Below, one piece after another: positions 9,190 to 18,770 of a DNA stretch of 64,000 bases (position 1 is the stretch's first letter; the number at the start of each line of letters is the position of its first letter). The notes under the pieces were generated by a model, which was not told the origin of the DNA, made no database searches, and saw nothing but the letters and a program-made list of their open reading frames with translations. A program made the translations under genes and the position numbers. This stretch comes from an uncultured Candidatus Saccharibacteria bacterium (GTDB lineage: Bacteria > Patescibacteriota > Saccharimonadia > Saccharimonadales > CAIOMD01): assembly GCA_903859365.1 (NCBI GenBank), contig CAIOMD010000007.1, positions 64,477-128,476 of the forward strand, given 5' to 3'.

Positions 9190-11712
9190 CTAATCTGTAA
9201 TATTCCAAGTTTCCAGCTTTTTGGTGTCACGTTTTCTCCATTTGATTCTGCTGGCAATTTCTTGTACTCCAATTTCAATATTTCTCTTTAAAGATATTTC
9301 TTTCTTCATAGGTAAGAAGAAATCATTATACTTGTCTAGCCATTCATTTGTTGCAAAGATTCTTCCTGCATGCCGAGGATAAAGGTCATACGATTTATCT
9401 TCGCCAAAATTCTTCGTTATCCATCCCCAGTTCGATGTTAACCATGACCACATAAGTTTTCTTGTTTTACGATTTCGTAAATAGAATATAACCCAGCGGT
9501 CAAAATCTTGCAGCCTTACAAAGTCAGATTTCTTGAGTAACTTGAATGATTCTTTTGCTTGTAGAGTGTTACGGGTTCCTGTGATGGCGTTACAAACATC
9601 TTGACGTAGATCTGCGCTTGTTATGGTTGGATATAGTGCAACAAGATCGTCAAATATTTTTTTGTCGCCATGACGAACGGCTGCGCTTAGAATAATGTGC
9701 CTAGTATCGGCCGGTATATTTTCTATTTTCTTATAACGATTATATTCCCGTAGCGCAGCCTTAATTACAGTAGGCTCTTCACTATATGTGGCCATTCCCA
9801 GAATAATTCCCCTAAGCTTAGTATCATTTAGGCTTTCGTTCTCATTTTTTTGCCAACCTAATATTTCATAGTTATATTTTGCTAGTTTCCAAGCAAATGA
9901 TTTCATCTTTTTTTCTGCAATATCGTCTTCCTCGGCGAGTGTACGTGCATCGCTCATACAAAGACTCATCACGCCCCAAACAGGCTCCTGGCGCTCCATA
10001 GACAGTGCATCAAGTAAATCAAGCGTCTCGATTATTGAGCCATGCCCAGTACGCGCTTGCATGAGTGTGTCATTCAACAAGAAAAGTCGTTCAGATGGGT
10101 TGAGTTTACCTGATTTGATTAAAGATTTTAGAAAAGCACGATGCTCTGGGTTTTCATAACGTACCGAATAATGCAGACCGCCGCTATTAAGCCGAAGAAA
10201 CTCTGGTTTTTCCAGCTTTATTGACCCACTTGGTTTATTGAAGAGTTCGATGCTTTTGTTTTTAGGTTTTATTCCTAGTGGTATTGGCCAAATTTCAGGT
10301 GTATCTTTTTTAGATGTATCTGAAAATCTGTTCTGTTTCAAAGAAAGCTTTAAGTCTTTTTGATTCACCATCAGAAGGGGAAAGCCTGCCTGTTCAATCC
10401 ATTTATTCATAAAGCTTTTTACTTTTTTACCTGAAACTATTTCAAGAGAGCTCCATAGATCATCTCCAGTAGTATTCCCGTAGGCATGCTGCTCAAAATA
10501 ATGGCGCAACCCCTTCTTGAAATTAGCTTTACCGACGTAATCATGTGCCATAAGTAGCAGACGTGCTCCTTTTGCATAAACAATTGAAGGATCAAACAGT
10601 GTACTAATTTCATCGGGATGATTAACTTCGGATTTAACCGCTTGTACACCAGGTAAGCAATCACGCCAAAATGCGCTTAATGCTTCTTGGGATGCAAAAC
10701 TTAACATAATGTCCCATTCTGGATAGAGTGCGTCTACGGCAATATATTCCATAAGGGTTGCGAAACTTTCGTTAAGCCATAAGTCATCCCACCATTTCAT
10801 GGTGACCAGATTTCCAAACCACTGATGTGATAGTTCATGAGCTATCACTGTTGCAACGTACTCCTTTGTTGAGGCAGAAGTAGTCGCTTCGTCAACGAGC
10901 AAACAAACTTCTCTATAGGTGATTAATCCCCAGTTTTCCATTGCCCCACTGCTAAAGTCAGGCAATGCTACGTGATCGCATTTCGTTAAAGGGTATGGAG
11001 TGTCGAAATATTCGTTGAAAAATTCTGTAACTTTCACTGCTGTATCGAGTGCAAATGCTAAGTTTTTCTTCGAATGATCCTTGCTTGACCAAACACTCAC
11101 CTTCGTTCCGTTTTTCGTAGTGCCATTTGTCGCGTGCAAATCACCAATTACGAATGCTAGTAAATAGGTACTCATAAGTGGCGTGTCGTGGAACGTCGTA
11201 TGTGTTATCTCGCCTTTATGAGTAACTGAAGAAGGTTCTGTATTGCTCAGTACGACTTCATTTTTAGGTGACGATAGTGAAAGAGAAAAAATTGCCTTTG
11301 CTTCTGGCTCATCAATGCAGGGAAAGACTTCGCGAGCATGATGACTTTCAAACTGAGTAGCTAAAATTATCGATCCATCCTGCGTGAAGCAAGGATAGAG
11401 TCCGTGCATAGGCTTTGTAATCGATCCTTTGAAGTGAAGAATGATAGTAAGTTGGGTTTTAGTGATGCCCTTAAGGTCAATCTTAAGTTCATCTTTTTCA
11501 GGTATAATTTTAAAATTTTGAGAAACATCATTAACAGTAACTGACGAGATATCAAGCTTTTTTGCATGTAGTCGGACACTAGTTGCATCAGTTTTTAGTG
11601 TGCCATGAATCGTAACATTTCCCTTGAACCGCATCGTGTTTTTGTTTGGGTCGATTGAGAGCTCATAGCGTGAAGGCTGGAATGTTTCGTATAACCTGTC
11701 TACTTTTACCAT
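9190..11712 (-). CDS. pepN: M1-family aminopeptidase N
   Basis: GAMENWG exopeptidase motif and the zincin motif HELSHQWFGNLVT...WLNESFA (HExxH-18-E). 840 aa. Confidence 0.93.
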   Translation of the reverse strand: MVKVDRLYETFQPSRYELSIDPNKNTMRFKGNVTIHGTLKTDATSVRLHAKKLDISSVTVNDVSQNFKIIPEKDELKIDLKGITKTQLTIILHFKGSITKPMHGLYPCFTQDGSIILATQFESHHAREVFPCIDEPEAKAIFSLSLSSPKNEVVLSNTEPSSVTHKGEITHTTFHDTPLMSTYLLAFVIGDLHATNGTTKNGTKVSVWSSKDHSKKNLAFALDTAVKVTEFFNEYFDTPYPLTKCDHVALPDFSSGAMENWGLITYREVCLLVDEATTSASTKEYVATVIAHELSHQWFGNLVTMKWWDDLWLNESFATLMEYIAVDALYPEWDIMLSFASQEALSAFWRDCLPGVQAVKSEVNHPDEISTLFDPSIVYAKGARLLLMAHDYVGKANFKKGLRHYFEQHAYGNTTGDDLWSSLEIVSGKKVKSFMNKWIEQAGFPLLMVNQKDLKLSLKQNRFSDTSKKDTPEIWPIPLGIKPKNKSIELFNKPSGSIKLEKPEFLRLNSGGLHYSVRYENPEHRAFLKSLIKSGKLNPSERLFLLNDTLMQARTGHGSIIETLDLLDALSMERQEPVWGVMSLCMSDARTLAEEDDIAEKKMKSFAWKLAKYNYEILGWQKNENESLNDTKLRGIILGMATYSEEPTVIKAALREYNRYKKIENIPADTRHIILSAAVRHGDKKIFDDLVALYPTITSADLRQDVCNAITGTRNTLQAKESFKLLKKSDFVRLQDFDRWVIFYLRNRKTRKLMWSWLTSNWGWITKNFGEDKSYDLYPRHAGRIFATNEWLDKYNDFFLPMKKEISLKRNIEIGVQEIASRIKWRKRDTKKLETWNITD

Positions 11713-11739
11713 TATTACTTCACTTTCATGTTTAGGATA

Positions 11740-11768
11740 TTGAAAATAGTTATACCATATGATATCAT
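11740..11768 (+). promoter_or_regulatory. candidate sigma70-type promoter for nusA
   Basis: TTGAAA (11740-11745), a 17-nt spacer, then TATCAT (11763-11768). Confidence 0.45.
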
Positions 11769-11784
11769 TTAAATGTTACTGAAT

Positions 11785-11806
11785 CCGACCAAAAGGTCGG
11801 TTTTTT
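11785..11806 (+). terminator. intrinsic-terminator-like hairpin inside the nusA leader (candidate attenuator)
   Basis: CCGACC-aaaa-GGTCGG followed by TTTTTT. It lies between the predicted promoter and the AAAGGAG RBS / GTG start of nusA. No upstream + strand gene exists for it to terminate. Confidence 0.55.
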
Positions 11807-11821
11807 CATAAAGGAGCCCCA

Positions 11822-13015
11822 GTGGAATTAGAAACAAAACAATTAGTCATGGCCGTAAAGGCAATCGCAGAAGAAAAAAATCTTCCTGAGTCTGTTGTTC
11901 AAGAGGCAGTAGAGCAAGCTTTAGCTGCAGCCTGGAGACGAGATTTTGGTGATCGCGATCAAGAAGTACGATCACAAATCAATGTCAATACTGGCGAAGT
12001 AGTCGTCTTCGTTACAAAAGAAGTTGTAGAAACTGTTGAGGATGAAGATTTTGAAATGAATCTCACTGATGCTAAAAAGATAGACAAAGATGCCGCTATT
12101 GGTGGAACAGTTGAAAAGAAAGAAAAAGTTGAATCATTTGGTCGTGTTGCTGCTCAAACCGCAAAGCAAGTAATCCTTCAAAGACTTCGAGAAGCGGAAC
12201 GAGAAATTGTTATGGCAGAATTTGAAGACAAGATTAATACCGTAATTAGTGGAACAGTAACTCGAGTAGAGGGACGCTTGATTCGCCTTGAACTTAACAA
12301 AGCACAGGGAATTATGCCTGCCAGTGAACAGATTCAAAACGAACGATACTACCCTGGACAACGCCTGAAGGTATATCTAAAGGACGTTGAAAGGGGCTAC
12401 AGGGGTGCTCAATTAGTGGTGAGCCGAGGCTGCCCAGAATTTATAGAGAGTCTCTTTAGCGCTGAAGTACCTGAAATGGAAAACGGTGCGGTCGCTATCA
12501 AGGGTATAGCCCGTGAGGCCGGTGTCCGAAGTAAAATAGCTGTAGCTAGTAATGTTCAGGGCGTAGATCCTGTCGGTACATTTGTTGGCGGCCACGGTAC
12601 ACGAGTTCAAGCTGTAATGAGTGAGATTGGCGAACAGGAAAAAATAGATATCGTAGTGTGGGCAGATGAAAGCAAGCAGTATATTACTAATGCTTTGAGC
12701 CCAACTGAAGTCACTAATGTCATCATAGATGAAGGACATAAAAAAGCTCGCGTTATTGTTCCTGAAAATCAGTTATCAGTAGCAATTGGTAAAAGTGGGC
12801 AAAATGTTCGCCTTGCTAGTAAGCTTACTGGATATGAGCTTGATATTGAAAGTGAAGTGCAAAAGCCAGAAATTAAAGAACCCGTAGAAGAAGTAGTAAT
12901 TAAAAAAGAGAAAGCAAAGGTTGTTCCAATGTCAGAAGCTCCAAAATTAAAAAAGAAATCAGATTTGGAGAGCAGTCTTCTTGAGGCTGTCGAAGAACAC
13001 GGCGAAGAAAAATAA
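11822..13015 (+). CDS. nusA: transcription termination/antitermination factor NusA
   Basis: N-terminal domain, S1 and two KH regions (SVAIGKSGQNVRLASKLTG). GTG start lies downstream of AAAGGAG. Acidic/Lys-rich tail. Confidence 0.93.
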   Translation: MELETKQLVMAVKAIAEEKNLPESVVQEAVEQALAAAWRRDFGDRDQEVRSQINVNTGEVVVFVTKEVVETVEDEDFEMNLTDAKKIDKDAAIGGTVEKKEKVESFGRVAAQTAKQVILQRLREAEREIVMAEFEDKINTVISGTVTRVEGRLIRLELNKAQGIMPASEQIQNERYYPGQRLKVYLKDVERGYRGAQLVVSRGCPEFIESLFSAEVPEMENGAVAIKGIAREAGVRSKIAVASNVQGVDPVGTFVGGHGTRVQAVMSEIGEQEKIDIVVWADESKQYITNALSPTEVTNVIIDEGHKKARVIVPENQLSVAIGKSGQNVRLASKLTGYELDIESEVQKPEIKEPVEEVVIKKEKAKVVPMSEAPKLKKKSDLESSLLEAVEEHGEEK

Positions 13016-13034
13016 GGATTTAAGATTAGGTATA

Positions 13035-13066
13035 TTGGCACTCTTGCATTGAGAGTGCCAATTTTA
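13035..13066 (+). terminator. intrinsic terminator after nusA
   Basis: 10-bp stem TTGGCACTCT / AGAGTGCCAA with a 7-nt loop, followed by TTTTAT. Confidence 0.7.
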
Positions 13067-13113
13067 TATACTACTTCTATGAGCAACGCTAACATAAGAA
13101 AGGGTTCAAACTA

Positions 13114-15591
13114 ATGCCTGATTCAGCTGATTTTCAAGAGTTTTTAAATCATCTAACTGAAAATGCTCTTATGAGTATCAAGCAAGCAGAACTTTTTGCC
13201 CATTCTCAAGGTAGCGCATATGTCGGTACCGAACATCTATTACTTGGTGTGTTAAGCCAGAAGACATCTATGGGCGCGCGCCTGCTTAATAGTGCTGGAG
13301 TTAATTTCCAAAATGCCCAGCTAGCACTGAATCTTACTCCAAAAAATCTTGCTATTAGTCTTGGAGCTAAGGGTCTTAGTGAGACTGCCAAATTAGCACT
13401 TAAACTAAGTTGGGACTATGCTCAAGATTTCAATCAAGATATGTGTGGAACCGAGCATGTCGTATACAGCATGATTATGCAAAAGAACGCGAGAGCTACG
13501 GTATTACTGCGAGATATGAATATTGATGTCGATCGTCTGCTTGAAGATGTAGAACAGTTTTTATCCAAGCAGCAATATGAAGGCGAAGGAGAAGCAAAAC
13601 CGCAAACTGCTATAAGAACTAAAAAGAAAAATTCCAGGAGTGCACTCGATTATTTCGGAACTGATTTAACAGCGCTTGCCGCCAGCGGTAAACTTGATCC
13701 CGTCGTCGGAAGAGAAGCTGTCATACGACGTATGATTACTATCTTGAACAGAAGAAACAAGAATAATCCTGTTTTAATTGGTGAACCTGGAGTTGGTAAA
13801 ACTGCAGTAGTGGAAGGGCTTGCCCAGCGCATCGTTGCCGAAGATGTTCCTGATAGTCTTCTTGATAAACGAATTGTTATGCTTGATCTTGCTGCAATGA
13901 TTGCTGGTACGAAATATAGAGGTGAGTTTGAAGAACGACTCAAAAAAGTCATGGAAGAGCTTATAAGCGATACTAAAACTATCGTATTCATTGACGAAAT
14001 GCACTTATTAGTTGGCGCTGGTGCTGCTGAAGGTGCTATTGATGCTGGCAATATCTTAAAACCCGCGCTTGCTCGAGGTATCATCCAAGTAATTGGTGCC
14101 ACTACAACCAGTGAATATCACAAGCATATCGAGAAAGATGCGGCGCTCGAGCGACGTTTCCAGCCGGTTGTAGTACCTGAAACAAGTACAGCAGAAACGC
14201 TCGCAATTCTTAAAGGGCTCAAGCCACACTATGAGCAGTTTCATGGCGTTCTTATTAGTGAAGAAGTATTAGAAGATGCAGTGTATTTTGCAGATCGATA
14301 CATCCAAGACCGTTTTATGCCAGATAAAGCAATTGATTTGCTTGATGAAGCTGCAGCTCTCCTTAGAGTAGACAAAGGAAAGACTCCTACTGAATATCGC
14401 AACCTTCTAAAAGAAATAAAGTTATTATCCACACGTCGCGACGATGCGGTCGAGCAAGAAGATTACGAACAAGCCGCCCGATACAAGCAAAAAATTAGTG
14501 CCGCCCAGCAAAAGCTAGATGATCTAAAGGAAAAAACCTCACATGATAAAAGATTGACACTAAGTAGTGACGATATTGCTTCAGTTGTAAGTCAGGCTAC
14601 AGGTGTCCCCGTAAAGAAATTAGTACGGCAGGAAGCAAAAAATCTCCTTAAGCTTGAAAAACAACTGGCTAAGCATGTAATCGGACAAAGCGAAGCCGTT
14701 GAAGCAATCTCTAAAGCCATACGTAGAAATCGATCTGGCATCGGCAGCGACAAGCGACCGGTGGGTTCATTTATATTTATGGGTCCAACAGGAGTTGGCA
14801 AGACTGAGCTTGCACGCGTTCTTGCTAAGGAATTTTATGGTCGTGAAGGCGCCCTCATCAAGATTGACATGAGCGAATTCGCTGAACGACATACCGTAGC
14901 TCGTCTTGTTGGCGCACCTGCTGGCTACGTAGGCTACGAAGAAGGTGGTCAATTGACAGATAAAATTCGCCGCCAACCGTATAGCCTGGTGTTATTCGAT
15001 GAAATTGAAAAAGCTCATCCAGAAGTCTTTAATATGTTGCTGCAAATTTTTGAAGACGGTGAACTAACTGATGCAAAAGGACGAAAGGTAGATTTTAGAA
15101 ATACGATCATAATTATGACCAGTAACATCGGTGCGCATCTACTACAAAAGGAAGCAAACCTTGGATTTAGAGTAAACCCAAATGCCGAAAAAGATCTTGA
15201 TCAATTACATGATCAAAATAAGTATCAAGTACTGGATGAACTCAAGAAACATATGCGCCCCGAGCTTATTAATCGAATAGATAAAATCATTGTATTTAGA
15301 GCGCTAACTAAAGAAAATGTAAAAAAGATTATCGATGTGCAATTGGCAGAACTGCAAACAAGAATGCAGCGAAAAAAACTTGGCTTAAGTGTAGCTAATA
15401 ATGCCAAAGATTGGCTCCTTGAAAAAGGATATGATCCAAAGAATGGGGTTCGTCCAATGCGTCGGCTTATCCAAGATACCATTGAGGATCAAATTGCTGA
15501 AGGTATTCTAAGTGGTGAATATGATGAAGGCCAAGTTATTAGGGTAGGTATCGTAAAGAAAAAACTAGATTTTTCAATCGTTAAAGAATAA
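13114..15591 (+). CDS. clpC: AAA+ chaperone/unfoldase ClpC (Clp/Hsp100 class I)
   Basis: Clp_N repeat N-terminus, two Walker A sites (GEPGVGKTAVVEG and GPTGVGKTELARV), and a UVR-like linker EDYEQAARYKQK. Confidence 0.92.
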   Translation: MPDSADFQEFLNHLTENALMSIKQAELFAHSQGSAYVGTEHLLLGVLSQKTSMGARLLNSAGVNFQNAQLALNLTPKNLAISLGAKGLSETAKLALKLSWDYAQDFNQDMCGTEHVVYSMIMQKNARATVLLRDMNIDVDRLLEDVEQFLSKQQYEGEGEAKPQTAIRTKKKNSRSALDYFGTDLTALAASGKLDPVVGREAVIRRMITILNRRNKNNPVLIGEPGVGKTAVVEGLAQRIVAEDVPDSLLDKRIVMLDLAAMIAGTKYRGEFEERLKKVMEELISDTKTIVFIDEMHLLVGAGAAEGAIDAGNILKPALARGIIQVIGATTTSEYHKHIEKDAALERRFQPVVVPETSTAETLAILKGLKPHYEQFHGVLISEEVLEDAVYFADRYIQDRFMPDKAIDLLDEAAALLRVDKGKTPTEYRNLLKEIKLLSTRRDDAVEQEDYEQAARYKQKISAAQQKLDDLKEKTSHDKRLTLSSDDIASVVSQATGVPVKKLVRQEAKNLLKLEKQLAKHVIGQSEAVEAISKAIRRNRSGIGSDKRPVGSFIFMGPTGVGKTELARVLAKEFYGREGALIKIDMSEFAERHTVARLVGAPAGYVGYEEGGQLTDKIRRQPYSLVLFDEIEKAHPEVFNMLLQIFEDGELTDAKGRKVDFRNTIIIMTSNIGAHLLQKEANLGFRVNPNAEKDLDQLHDQNKYQVLDELKKHMRPELINRIDKIIVFRALTKENVKKIIDVQLAELQTRMQRKKLGLSVANNAKDWLLEKGYDPKNGVRPMRRLIQDTIEDQIAEGILSGEYDEGQVIRVGIVKKKLDFSIVKE

Positions 15592-15614
15592 CTTACCGCG
15601 TATAATTGATACTA

Positions 15615-16580
15615 ATGGTTAAAAAATTAGTAAAAATTATTTCAGGAGTTACGGTTTTAGCAATTGCTCTTGCGATTATCTTTTTTAATCGTTATTCAAT
15701 TTATGATTGGGAGCGATTGCACAATTATCATGCACCCCAGAATATAGCACTTCTCGCAGACCAAACAACAATGACATCGAAAGCGAGAGAAATTTTCTAC
15801 GCAACCTATCCTCAAATTCAAGGAAAAACAGAATTTAACTCCAATTGTCAGGTTAAAGAGCAAACAATTGTACTTGGTTGCTATACTTCGGGTAGCATAT
15901 TCTTGTTTAATGTGGATACTCCTGAACTTAATGGAGTTGAGCAGGTTACTGCAGCACACGAAATGCTTCATGCAGCATACGCAAGACTTTCTTCCTCAGA
16001 GAAAAAACGAATAGATGTTTTATTGGAAGAAGCATTTAAAAAAATTAATAATCCAGAATTAAATCAGACAATGGCCAGTTATCAAAAAACTGAGCCTGGC
16101 GAGCAAGATAATGAGCTTCATTCTATTTTAGCTACTGAGTATGAAAATCTAGGCACTGACCTGGAAACTTATTATAGGCAGTATTTTGCCAATCGAGCAC
16201 AAGTTGTTGCTTATGCGAACCAATATAAAGAAGTGTTTCAAAACATTAAAAATCAAGTGGCAAATGATGACGCAGAACTTGCAATTGAGAAAACTAAGAT
16301 AACGAATCTAGAAGCCACATTGTCAGCTGAGTATAGCGACCTTCAGTCACAGAAAATCAACCTTCAGAATGCAATAAAAACCCTTCCAGCTTATGAGTAT
16401 AATGCTCAAGTCGCTGACTACAATAGCAGGGTGGATCAATATAACGCCCAGGTGGCAACGCTTAAATCATATATAGCTGCCTATAACACTTTAGTGGAGC
16501 AACGTAATGCACTCGCAGTACAGCAACAAGGCCTTGCTAATAGCCTTAATTCAAACACACCTACCGTCACCACTAACTAA
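15615..16580 (+). CDS. hypothetical membrane-anchored protein with HExxH motif and Gln/Asn-rich coiled-coil C-terminus
   Basis: ATG at 15615 is preferred over the TTG at 15606. One N-terminal TM helix, an AAHEMLHAAY motif, and a heptad-like C-terminal third (YNAQVADYNSRVDQYNAQVATLKSYIAAYNTLVEQRNAL). Family not recognised. Confidence 0.55.
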   Translation: MVKKLVKIISGVTVLAIALAIIFFNRYSIYDWERLHNYHAPQNIALLADQTTMTSKAREIFYATYPQIQGKTEFNSNCQVKEQTIVLGCYTSGSIFLFNVDTPELNGVEQVTAAHEMLHAAYARLSSSEKKRIDVLLEEAFKKINNPELNQTMASYQKTEPGEQDNELHSILATEYENLGTDLETYYRQYFANRAQVVAYANQYKEVFQNIKNQVANDDAELAIEKTKITNLEATLSAEYSDLQSQKINLQNAIKTLPAYEYNAQVADYNSRVDQYNAQVATLKSYIAAYNTLVEQRNALAVQQQGLANSLNSNTPTVTTN

Positions 16581-16598
16581 TCTGTTACACTAATCTAT

Positions 16599-17951
16599 AT
16601 GGCAAAAACTAAAGTTGCGTATGTATGTAGTGCTTGCGCAACTCAAACCAGTAGCTGGGCAGGTAAATGTGGTGCGTGCGGTGCGTGGAATACTCTTGAG
16701 GAGCAAATAGATGTTCGCTCAACTTCTAAAACTGCAGCAGCACTTTCTAGTGGCTCAGTTTTAAAGCCTGCAGTAATTGATAGCAAAAAAGTTTTTCAGA
16801 CGAAACGTATTAGTCTCGGAGTGCCAGACATAGACCAAGTTTTTGGAGGGGGTATTGTTGCCGGAAGTGTTTGCCTTATAGCGGGGCAGCCAGGTATTGG
16901 AAAAAGTACGCTGTTACTGCAACTCGCGTATAATGCCGCACAGACTTCAAATGTTTTGTACGTAAGTGGTGAAGAGTCTCCAGAACAAGTTCAAATTCGA
17001 GGAGAGCGGCTCAGGGCGGCTCATAGCAATTTAAAACTTGTGAGCTCAACCAGCACTAATGATATAGCAGCAACGATAGCAGCTAATGAATACGATTTAG
17101 TTATTGTGGATTCTATTCAAACTGTAGCAGCAGAAGAAATAACTGGAATGCCAGGAAGCGTGAGTCAGGTAACTAATAGTACCCAGTTTCTCACTATTGC
17201 TGCTAAAAAAACCAATACTGCCCTTATTTTAGTCGGACATGTTACGAAAGAAGGTAGTATTGCAGGGCCCAAGGTACTCGAACACGCAGTAGACGTTGTG
17301 TTGCAACTTGAAGGTGATAGGTATGGCGGTTTTAGAATTCTTAGAGCTATTAAAAATAGATTTGGATCCACTAATGAAGCTGCAATCCTTGAGATGCTGG
17401 ATAGCGGGCTTGAAATTGTAGATAATCCTTCGGCAGCCCTTCTTGCCGAACGTCAGCTCAGTGACGGCTCAGTAGTGTTAGCTACGCTTGAAGGCACAAG
17501 GCCGTTACTTGTTGAAGTGCAGGCGCTTGTGCATACAACAAGCTATGGCTATCCAAAGCGCGCAGCGACTGGTATTGACCTAAACCGTTTAAACTTGCTG
17601 GTTGCAATGCTTGAAAAACGTACGAAACTGAAGCTTTCAGATAAAGATATATATATAAATATAGTCGGAGGGATGAAGATAACTGAACCCGCTGCCGATC
17701 TTGCAATTTGTATGGCAATCGCTTCTGCTACAAAAGGTATGAAATTAAAAAAAGATGCAGTAGTCTTTGGCGAAGTCGGATTAAGCGGTGAAGTTAGGCA
17801 TGTGCCTTGGATAGACAAGCGCATAGCAGAGGCAAAGAAATTAGGTTTTGGTGATGTCATTGGTCCAAAAGTAAGAGGAGCGAAACCACCAGCACTACTG
17901 CATCAAATGAATGATGTTCGATCGGCACTTAATACATTTTTAGAGAAATGA
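16599..17951 (+). CDS. radA: DNA repair protein RadA/Sms
   Basis: Zinc ribbon CSACATQTSSWAGKCGACGAW, Walker A GQPGIGKSTLLLQ, KNRFG motif, Lon-like C-terminal domain. Confidence 0.95.
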   Translation: MAKTKVAYVCSACATQTSSWAGKCGACGAWNTLEEQIDVRSTSKTAAALSSGSVLKPAVIDSKKVFQTKRISLGVPDIDQVFGGGIVAGSVCLIAGQPGIGKSTLLLQLAYNAAQTSNVLYVSGEESPEQVQIRGERLRAAHSNLKLVSSTSTNDIAATIAANEYDLVIVDSIQTVAAEEITGMPGSVSQVTNSTQFLTIAAKKTNTALILVGHVTKEGSIAGPKVLEHAVDVVLQLEGDRYGGFRILRAIKNRFGSTNEAAILEMLDSGLEIVDNPSAALLAERQLSDGSVVLATLEGTRPLLVEVQALVHTTSYGYPKRAATGIDLNRLNLLVAMLEKRTKLKLSDKDIYINIVGGMKITEPAADLAICMAIASATKGMKLKKDAVVFGEVGLSGEVRHVPWIDKRIAEAKKLGFGDVIGPKVRGAKPPALLHQMNDVRSALNTFLEK

Positions 17952-17967
17952 TGAAAAGGAAAAAATC

Positions 17968-18741
17968 ATGTTTGAACTAATACAAACGATGGCAATAGTC
18001 ATTATAGGTATAATTGTTGTAACAAAAGAGTTCCCTCAATTGGCAAAAAAAAGAGAAAAGCAAAAGACTGTCATTTTAGATAGTTGTGCACTTATTGATG
18101 GAAGAATTGTTGACCTTGTGCGTGCCGGCTTTATTCCATATACACTCGTAGTACCTGAGTTTATTTTATCAGAGCTTCAGTTGCTAGCAGATGGAAATGA
18201 CTCACATAAACGAGAGCGAGCACGATTTGGGCTTGAAGTAGTTCAGCAATTACAAAGAGAACCTTCTGCTGAAGTTGAAGTAGATAAGACTGTAATTGAA
18301 GATCGAATGAATGACGACAAACTAGTTTCATTGGCGCTTAAATTAGGCGCAGATTTATTCACAACTGACTTTAACCTCAATCAGGTTGCAAGCATTAAAG
18401 GGGTAAGAGTCTTGAACATTAATGAGTTGTCTCATGCGCTACGACCCGTATCATTACCTGGTGAAAACCTTGAAATAAAGATAGTACAACCTGGCAGTAA
18501 CCGTGATCAAGGGGTCGGCTATATGGAAGATGGGACTATGATAGTAGTTGATGGAGCGCGAAAAGATATTGGAAAAATGGTTACCGTAAAAACAACAAGG
18601 ACACATCAAACTGTCGCAGGAAAAATGGTTTTTGCGACTAAAGTTACGATTGCCAAGAAACGACAAACAAAAATTACCCTAGTTCGACACTATGCCAATA
18701 AGCATGAGTCTGCTCTAATTGATGCAATCGATAAGAGCTAA
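17968..18741 (+). CDS. PIN + TRAM domain protein (YacL-like)
   Basis: N-terminal TM helix, PIN region (VILDSCALIDGRIVDL...FTTDFNLNQVA), TRAM-like C-terminus (QGVGYMEDGTMIVVDGA). Confidence 0.8.
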   Translation: MFELIQTMAIVIIGIIVVTKEFPQLAKKREKQKTVILDSCALIDGRIVDLVRAGFIPYTLVVPEFILSELQLLADGNDSHKRERARFGLEVVQQLQREPSAEVEVDKTVIEDRMNDDKLVSLALKLGADLFTTDFNLNQVASIKGVRVLNINELSHALRPVSLPGENLEIKIVQPGSNRDQGVGYMEDGTMIVVDGARKDIGKMVTVKTTRTHQTVAGKMVFATKVTIAKKRQTKITLVRHYANKHESALIDAIDKS

Positions 18742-18770
18742 GTCTTAGGTGTTTTTTAAAGGTTTGGTTT

